DNA of 32,000 bases from Kiritimatiella glycovorans. Lineage in GTDB: Bacteria > Verrucomicrobiota > Kiritimatiellia > Kiritimatiellales > Kiritimatiellaceae. Made by a program: the position numbers and the translations under genes. Below are positions 26,529 through 32,000 of this stretch, piece after piece; within the stretch, counting starts at the first letter, position 1, and each line of letters opens with the position of its first letter. The notes below the pieces were generated by a model that saw nothing but the letters and a program-made list of their open reading frames with translations, made no database searches and had not been told where the DNA came from. The stretch lies in the NCBI RefSeq assembly GCF_001017655.1, contig NZ_CP010904.1:2310001-2342000 (forward strand), read 5' to 3'.

Positions 26529-26584
26529 ACAAGCGCTTTTAACGCACGCTTACTCATTCTCTTTGAACCGCTTACGGGGGTCAG
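26529..26584 (+). repeat. partial copy of the 74-bp palindrome-flanked repeat (right ~55 bp), abutting the IS66-like right end
   Basis: ACAAGCGCTTTTAACGCACGCTTACTCATTCTCTTTGAACCGCTTACGGGGGTCAG compared with the full copies at 30423 and 31592. Confidence 0.8.
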
Positions 26585-27207
26585 ACCCAGACCCCGCATC
26601 ACTGGGATCCCGCTCACGGGCGGCAAGCCCGCTCGTTCTCGTGGGAAGGCAGGCAAGCCCCGCGCTCTTGAATGGGCCGCTCCGTCTCGGGCTTCTACAG
26701 AGCTTCGAACGATGAGGTCATCCGCCCCTGACCCGAGCCCGCAAAAAACTGGGACCGCCGAGCGCCTCGCGCGCATCGGGACAAGCCCGCATTCGCGTTT
26801 GAATGGGTGGGGCCAGGGCGAACCCGAGTGTTTTCTGGGCCGCTGTCGCGCGTTTGATGAGGCAGCCATGAGACGAGCCGGACAGACGCCGATCCCGACG
26901 CTCACGCGTCATCTATCGGCCGAGCCTGACTCCATCCCTACGGAGCCCGCATGGTTGTTTGGTCGGAAGACCCGCCAACCGAATTCAAGTCGGAACCCGT
27001 CATTCGGAGTCAGAAGAGACGGAGAACAGAAAATCCGCTACGGAGGCGTTTTTGTGTTGCCCACCGCCGGGCTTAATGGTTGTTCGCATCTCAGTTTTCC
27101 GCGTCTTCCATATCTTGCGCCACAGGGTTTTTGTCACCCTGCACCACCAGGAATGTGACGTCGTCACCTTCCTTCAGTCGGCAAAGTAGTGGATTCATTG
27201 AAAGGTA

Positions 27208-29367
27208 TCAGTCAACCTCCCCTGTGAGAATCTCTACCATCTGCGCCCCGTTCGTTATCGGCGGCAGGCATTGGAACTTACGGCAGACATAGGCGGCCGC
27301 TTTACCATCTACGGGACTGTACGCTGAAACGTGATCCGGAAGCGGCTCGTCGGTGGAAGCCCCGCCGACGGGTCTCAGCATCGCGACCTTGTTTGGAATG
27401 AACCTCTGTCGGAGACCCGCGACCAAGGCTTTCGTGTCCGGGGCAGCCGGGTCTCCGGCGATGACGACTTCGAACGTCGGTCCAGTCGCGAAATCCAGAG
27501 CGCACATTAACATGGTGTGTGCAGACGGCTGTTCCACGGAACCGGAGAATGCGCGTCCAAGTGCCGCGGCATGTGCTTCGTACTCCGGTTCGCCCGTAAG
27601 GCGGCCGAGTCGCAACATGTTCAGCATGCAAACGGAATTTCCTGACGGAATTGCGCCGTCGTAGATCTCCTTACGTCGTGCGAGCAGTTTCTCGGCGTCG
27701 TTGGCCGTGAAGAAGAATCCACCCGACTCCTTGTCCAGGAAATGCTCGACCTGGACTGCGTGCAGATCCTGAGCTTCCCGCAGCCATCCAGGGTCAAAGG
27801 TTGCCTCGTACAGTTCCAGCAGACCCCAGACCAGGAAAGCGTAGTCGTCGAGATGACCTCCGATTGCTGCCTCCCCTTTCCGAAACCTGTGCAGTAGCCG
27901 ACCGTCTGTCCGCATCTCGTTCAGGATGAAGTGGGCACACTGTCGGGCGGCCTCAGTGTAGTGCTGATCCTCGAATGCGCTCCCCGCCTTGGCGAGTGCG
28001 GCCATCACAAGCCCGTTCCAGTCGGTCATGATCTTGTCATCCCGCAACGGCTGGACGCGTTTCTCCCGGGCCTCTAAGAGCTTGGTGCGGGAGCTTTCAA
28101 GTCGTTGCCGGAGCTCCTGCTCCGTCTGTTGAGTGTGGCCGGCGATCCGGGCCAGTGGCAGCCGCAGATGAAGAATGCTGGCGCCGGTGCGATGTCCGGA
28201 GATCTCGTCGGTGAAGTTCCCACCCGCCTGTACGTTGTACACGTCCGCCACAAAGGCGGACTCCCGGGCGCCGAGCACGCTCTCCAGTTCCGCCAGGGTC
28301 CAGACGTAGAACTTCCCTTCTTCTCCCTCGCTGTCCGCGTCTTCGGCCGAGTAAAAGCCACCCGCAGGATCCGTCATGTCGCGCAGGACGTAGGTCAGGA
28401 TCTCCCGGGCCGTCGTTTCGTACTCGCTCTTACCTGTAGCCTGCCACGCCTCCGTATAGGCCATGACGAGCAGGGCCTGGTCGTAGAGCATTTTCTCGAA
28501 ATGTGGAACCAGCCATTCGCGGTCGGTTGAGTAGCGATGGAAGCCAAAGCCGATATGATCCCATATTCCGCCGCGACGCATGGCTTGTAGTGTCTCCTCG
28601 ACCATCCGCAATGCCTGTTCTTCACCGGTGCGGTGCCAATGCCGCAGAAGAAACATCAGGTTGTGCGGAGCGGGGAATTTGGGAGCGCGGCCGAACCCAC
28701 CGTATTCGGTATCGAAGCGGGAAACAAAAGACTGGAATGCCACCGACAACTGTGCGGTCTCCAGGTCCTCCCCGGGTTCGGGCTGTCCTATTCGCTGAAG
28801 GCCGGTCGTTATTTCGTCGGCCGATGCACCCAGTTTCTGGCGTTGTGAGGACCAGGCGTCGCTCAGTCGCGGTACCAATTCCAGCATTCCTATGCGCCCG
28901 AACCGGCCCTCGCGCGGGAAATAGGTTCCGGCGAAGAACGGCTTCTTGTCGGGAGTCATTACGACGGTCAATGGCCATCCTCCGGAGCCCGTGAGCATCT
29001 GGCAGACGGTCATGTATACGCCGTCGATGTCCGGCCTTTCCTCGCGATCTACCTTGATGCAGATGAAGGCCTTGTTCATGAGGTCAGCCACCTCGGCGTT
29101 CTCGAACGACTCGTGCTCCATGACGTGGCACCAGTGGCACGTGGCGTACCCGATCGACAGGAAAACCGGCTTGTCTTCCGAATGCGCCTTCGCGAACGCT
29201 TCCTCTCCCCATGGATACCAGTCAACCGGGTTGCGGGCGTGCTGAAGGAGGTAGGGACTATGCTCGTGGATGAGGCGGTTGAATCCCTGTCCTCCGTCAG
29301 GAGGGAGCGCCGCGCGCTCCTCGGGAGTTGGCAGTGTCCGCGTACCGTCATGTCTCGGGGTCGTCAT
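27208..29367 (-). CDS. yyaL: thioredoxin-domain protein, YyaL/DUF255 family
   Basis: [26 protein letters not shown]...[21 protein letters not shown] plus a long (alpha/alpha)6-like C-terminus. The start is set at MTTPRHDG (29367) because the longer ORF (to 29610) overlaps the SagB gene in another frame. Confidence 0.88.
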   Translation of the reverse strand: MTTPRHDGTRTLPTPEERAALPPDGGQGFNRLIHEHSPYLLQHARNPVDWYPWGEEAFAKAHSEDKPVFLSIGYATCHWCHVMEHESFENAEVADLMNKAFICIKVDREERPDIDGVYMTVCQMLTGSGGWPLTVVMTPDKKPFFAGTYFPREGRFGRIGMLELVPRLSDAWSSQRQKLGASADEITTGLQRIGQPEPGEDLETAQLSVAFQSFVSRFDTEYGGFGRAPKFPAPHNLMFLLRHWHRTGEEQALRMVEETLQAMRRGGIWDHIGFGFHRYSTDREWLVPHFEKMLYDQALLVMAYTEAWQATGKSEYETTAREILTYVLRDMTDPAGGFYSAEDADSEGEEGKFYVWTLAELESVLGARESAFVADVYNVQAGGNFTDEISGHRTGASILHLRLPLARIAGHTQQTEQELRQRLESSRTKLLEAREKRVQPLRDDKIMTDWNGLVMAALAKAGSAFEDQHYTEAARQCAHFILNEMRTDGRLLHRFRKGEAAIGGHLDDYAFLVWGLLELYEATFDPGWLREAQDLHAVQVEHFLDKESGGFFFTANDAEKLLARRKEIYDGAIPSGNSVCMLNMLRLGRLTGEPEYEAHAAALGRAFSGSVEQPSAHTMLMCALDFATGPTFEVVIAGDPAAPDTKALVAGLRQRFIPNKVAMLRPVGGASTDEPLPDHVSAYSPVDGKAAAYVCRKFQCLPPITNGAQMVEILTGEVD

Positions 29368-29482
29368 GTCTGATCCATTGGTTTCAGTATCTTCGTCAGG
29401 GGTTCTTTCAGAGCAACCCGACCCGCACCCCAGCACAGGAGCAACAGCACCGATATCGCCACCCGGCTTGTTGGCGACTCTC

Positions 29483-30256
29483 TCACTGATCCGCTTGTTT
29501 CCGCTTTCCGACAGGCGCAATGTAGATGGTGAACTCTTCCTCTCCGTCGACTCCCAGGAGTTGGTCGCACGCGTGTTGGTCATACGCGGCGATGGCACAG
29601 GTTCCGGCACCCAGGCTCACGCAAGCTAGGTAGAGGTTCTGGCAGACGTGCCCGGCATCGAGAGCGATCACCTTGTGGGCTGCCAGGCCGTAGCGCCATT
29701 CCATGCGTGCAGGAACAGCTGTCCAGAAGAACGTCACGGCGGCATTTGCGACGAAGCCTTGGTTCAGGCAAGAGGATGCTGCGCTGCGACCGATCTGCGG
29801 GTCGGAAGCCAGTTGTGCCAATTGGCCGTCGAAGGGTAAATAGCGGTAAATGCCGGGAGTCAGGCCTTCAACCCGATCCACCGCCAAGTAGGTTTCGAAG
29901 GCATGTCTCGAGCCCGCGGAGGGCACGACACGCAATGCGCACTCCGGGCTCAACACCGTTCGGACGCCTTGTGTCGCCCACAGGAGGGCGGCCAGTTCCT
30001 CGAGCGTCAGAACGTCAGATGAGTACTTGCGCACGCTTTCTCGGCGGAGGATGGCTTCGCCCATCGACAGGCAGCTCAACCGAGCCAATGCCGTTGCCCC
30101 GTCCGGCACATCGATGCGCGTCGCATCCGGAGGGCAAGGCTTTTGTAGAGGCGGGGCAGGCAAGCGCTGGTTCTGGTCCGTACGAGAGAAATCGATCTCT
30201 AGCCGAATGGAGTCCTTGAGAAAGGTTCGGTTTGCTGTGAAACGGTCGTTCGACAT
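29483..30256 (-). CDS. SagB/ThcOx-type dehydrogenase (nitroreductase superfamily)
   Basis: 257 aa. [28 protein letters not shown]...[16 protein letters not shown]...GLTPGIYRY. Confidence 0.8.
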   Translation of the reverse strand: MSNDRFTANRTFLKDSIRLEIDFSRTDQNQRLPAPPLQKPCPPDATRIDVPDGATALARLSCLSMGEAILRRESVRKYSSDVLTLEELAALLWATQGVRTVLSPECALRVVPSAGSRHAFETYLAVDRVEGLTPGIYRYLPFDGQLAQLASDPQIGRSAASSCLNQGFVANAAVTFFWTAVPARMEWRYGLAAHKVIALDAGHVCQNLYLACVSLGAGTCAIAAYDQHACDQLLGVDGEEEFTIYIAPVGKRKQADQ

Positions 30257-30422
30257 GCGGTCAATACCTCTCTATGGCAACCCATCCTACGGGCACGTTA
30301 CAGTGTTACGCCTCACCGGACTTGGACGCAAGGCGGCGGGTGAGGCAGCGGGTCTGATAACCCTTTCTAATTCTTCATTTAAACAGAAATTCGCGCTTAA
30401 AACTCCGTTTTTGGGGCCATAA

Positions 30423-30496
30423 CTGACCCCCTAAGACAAAACAAGCGATTTCAACGCACGCTTACTCATTCTCTTTGAACCGCTTACGGGGGTCAG
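30423..30496 (+). repeat. 74-bp palindrome-flanked repeat, full copy A
   Basis: CTGACCCCC taagacaaaacaagcgatttcaacgcacGCTTACtcattctctttgaaccGCTTAC GGGGGTCAG. 9-bp inverted ends and an internal GCTTAC direct repeat. Confidence 0.85.
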
Positions 30497-30651
30497 ACCC
30501 CGCCTCTCCCGTACCGTCATGTCTCGGGGTCGTCATGTCTGATCCATTGGTTTCAGTATCTTCGTCAGGGGTTCTTTCAGAGCAACCCGACCCGCACCCC
30601 AGCACAGGAGCAACAGCACCGATATCGCCACCCGGCTTGTTGGCGACTCTC

Positions 30652-31425
30652 TCACTGATCCGCTTGTTTCCGCTTTCCGACAGGCGCAATGTAGATGGTG
30701 AACTCTTCCTCTCCGTCGACTCCCAGGAGTTAGTCGCACGCGTGTTGGTCATACGCGGCGATGGCACAGGTTCCGGCACCCAGGCTCACGCAAGCTAGGT
30801 AGAGGTTCTGGCAGACGTGCCCGGCATCGAGAGCGATCACCTTGTGGGCTGCCAGGCCGTAGCGCCATTCCATGCGTGCAGGAACAGCTGTCCAGAAGAA
30901 CGTCACGGCGGCATTTGCGACGAAGCCTTGGTTCAGGCAAGAGGATGCTGCGCTGCGACCGATCTGCGGGTCGGAAGCCAGTTGTGCCAATTGGCCGTCG
31001 AAGGGTAAATAGCGGTAAATGCCGGGAGTCAGGCCTTCAACCCGATCCACCGCCAAGTAGGTTTCGAAGGCATGTCTCGAGCCCGCGGAGGGCACGACAC
31101 GCAATGCGCACTCCGGGCTCAACACCGTTCGGACGCCTTGTGTCGCCCACAGGAGGGCGGCCAGTTCCTCGAGCGTCAGAACGTCAGATGAGTACTTGCG
31201 CACGCTTTCTCGGCGGAGGATGGCTTCGCCCATCGACAGGCAGCTCAACCGAGCCAATGCCGTTGCCCCGTCCGGCACATCGATGCGCGTCGCATCCGGA
31301 GGGCAAGGCTTTTGTAGAGGCGGGGCAGGCAAGCGCTGGTTCTGGTCCGTACGAGAGAAATCGATCTCTAGCCGAATGGAGTCCTTGAGAAAGGTTCGGT
31401 TTGCTGTGAAACGGTCGTTCGACAT
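30652..31425 (-). pseudogene. duplicate SagB-type dehydrogenase with premature stop
   Basis: Identical to 29483..30256 except the CAA to TAA change (plus-strand A at 30732), which removes the last 26 aa. Confidence 0.8.
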
Positions 31426-31591
31426 GCGGTCAATACCTCTCTATGGCAACCCATCCTACGGGCACGTTACAGTGTTACGCCTCACCGGACTTGGACGCAA
31501 GGCGGCGGGTGAGGCAGCGGGTCTGATAACCCTTTCTAATTCTTCATTTAAACAGAAATTCGCGCTTAAAACTCCGTTTTTGGGGCCATAA

Positions 31592-31665
31592 CTGACCCCC
31601 TAAGACAAAACAAGCGATTTCAACGCACGCTTACTCATTCTCTTTGAACCGCTTACGGGGGTCAG
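31592..31665 (+). repeat. 74-bp palindrome-flanked repeat, full copy B, 9 nt from the first CRISPR repeat
   Basis: Identical to 30423..30496 (part of the tandem duplication). Confidence 0.85.
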
Positions 31666-31674
31666 ACCCCGCCT

Positions 31675-32000
31675 CAAATAATTGACCTCCAATGGCCGAT
31701 CAGATACGTTTAGTCCTTCTGCGATAGGTGAAGCAAGAAGCTGTAATTGACCTCCAATGGCCGATCAGATACGTTGATCAGCACCAACGTGCCGGAAGGT
31801 GCAAGCTGTAATTGACCTCCAATGGCCGATCAGATACGTTACGGGATCGGTCACGCCCCGCCGATAATGCGCTGTAATTGACCTCCAATGGCCGATCAGA
31901 TACGTTCACGTTTCCATAACGTCGCTGTATCAGCGAGCTGTAATTGACCTCCAATGGCCGATCAGATACGTTGAACACGGGCGACCGGAACACGGGCAAC
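31675..32000. CRISPR. CRISPR array, at least 5 repeats, continuing beyond the window end
   Basis: 36-nt repeat GCTGTAATTGACCTCCAATGGCCGATCAGATACGTT at 31740, 31805, 31871 and 31937. The first repeat (31675) has CAAA instead of GCTG. Unique spacers of 29, 29, 30 and 30 nt, with a fifth cut at 32000. Confidence 0.95.

Larger units (their letters stand above)
23812..26531 (+). mobile_element. IS66-family-like insertion sequence (2720 bp) carrying a DUF4338-like accessory gene
   Basis: Terminal inverted repeats TGTGTAACTACTCAGGTAGCCCC (23812..) and the reverse complement of GGGGTACCTGAGTAGTCACA (..26531). Two translationally coupled genes lie inside. No matching target-site duplication (left flank CAACTTAT, right flank AGCGCTTT). 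Confidence 0.7.
29341..31675. repeat. tandem duplication, two 1166-bp units (29341..30506 and 30510..31675; period 1169 bp)
   Basis: The units appear identical by eye except G29563 versus A30732. Each contains the first 27 nt of yyaL, the SagB gene, its upstream region and one 74-bp repeat. Confidence 0.9.

Noticed and set aside
27091-27198. 35-codon minus-strand ORF (MNPLLCRLKEGDDVTFLVVQGDKNPVAQDMEDAEN) 10 nt downstream of yyaL
   Set aside because: It is very short, has no Shine-Dalgarno-like sequence and no recognisable family. It cannot be supported from sequence alone.
26585-27207. ORFs 26444..26905 (minus) and 26712..27158 (plus) in the GC-rich spacer between the IS66-like element and yyaL
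   Set aside because: They are mutually overlapping, Arg/Pro/Ser-rich, and without motifs. The region is more likely non-coding or degraded sequence.
29368-29610. N-terminal 81-codon extension of the yyaL ORF (and the duplicated 105-aa ORF 30462..30779)
   Set aside because: The extension overlaps the 3' end of the SagB-type gene in another frame and has no similarity to YyaL proteins, which begin near the HSPYLLQH region. 30462..30779 is just the duplicated copy of that extension plus 27 nt of yyaL.
31778-31999. 73-aa minus-strand ORF with repeating NVSDRPLEVNYS
   Set aside because: It is a translation of the CRISPR repeats. The periodic peptide simply mirrors the 65-66-nt array period.
31675-32000. 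Assigning the array to type VI-B, because the minus-strand repeat end CAATTACAGC resembles Cas13b repeat ends (..ATTACAAC) and the 36/30 geometry matches
   Set aside because: The similarity is limited to a few nucleotides and the 5' GTTG partner is absent. No effector gene is visible, and type II or type V arrays have the same geometry.

Overview
This 32-kb window is a patchwork of visibly GC-rich and AT-rich blocks, and most block boundaries fall at mobile-element ends. All coordinates and alignments were made by eye; no searches were run.

**IS91-family elements (HUH/Y2 rolling-circle), three copies**
- Copy 1 (1..4958) is dead. Its divergent WYL-regulator partner is frameshifted. Its transposase is split by a nested IS21-family element (1791..4312) with a 6-bp CCAATC target duplication.
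- Copy 2 (about 9419..12113) has an intact HTH-WYL-WCX regulator head-to-head with an intact transposase.
- Copy 3 (18436..19951) is 5'-truncated.
- All three end with a hairpin followed by the same GAAAAGCGATTTCTTATCA terminus.
- All three carry an in-frame 33-nt palindromic mini-insert. Copy 3 has a second, related 30-nt one.

**Between copies 1 and 2**
- A 1133-aa secreted FAD-oxidoreductase-like ORF.
- A 10-bp phased tandem repeat.
- What looks like the 5' part of a group II intron with a truncated RT ORF.

**AT-rich, Bacteroidota-like housekeeping and sugar-acid genes (12114..18435 and 19952..~22876)**
- Genes seen: gpmA, apt, ispD, an ABC-2 exporter, and a GH67 fragment-SDR-uxuA cluster.
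- The terminal genes of these blocks are cut exactly at IS91 ends.

**Gene-fragment patchwork (22877..23811)**
- Several short gene fragments of differing composition lie side by side here.

**IS66-like element (23812..26531)**
- A DUF4338-like gene is translationally coupled to the transposase.

**GC-rich tail (26532..32000)**
- A yyaL-like thioredoxin-domain gene and a SagB-type dehydrogenase.
- A near-perfect 1169-bp-period tandem duplication whose second copy has a nonsense SNP.
- Three copies of a 74-bp palindrome-flanked repeat.
- A CRISPR array (36-nt repeats, 29-30-nt spacers) that runs off the window end, with no cas genes visible.

**Candidates for something new**
- The WYL-regulated IS91 module.
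- The palindromic in-frame mini-inserts.
- The DUF4338-IS66 pairing.
- The CRISPR array abutting the repeat and duplication.

**Caveat:** the abrupt composition switches at repeat ends could also be metagenome assembly chimeras.
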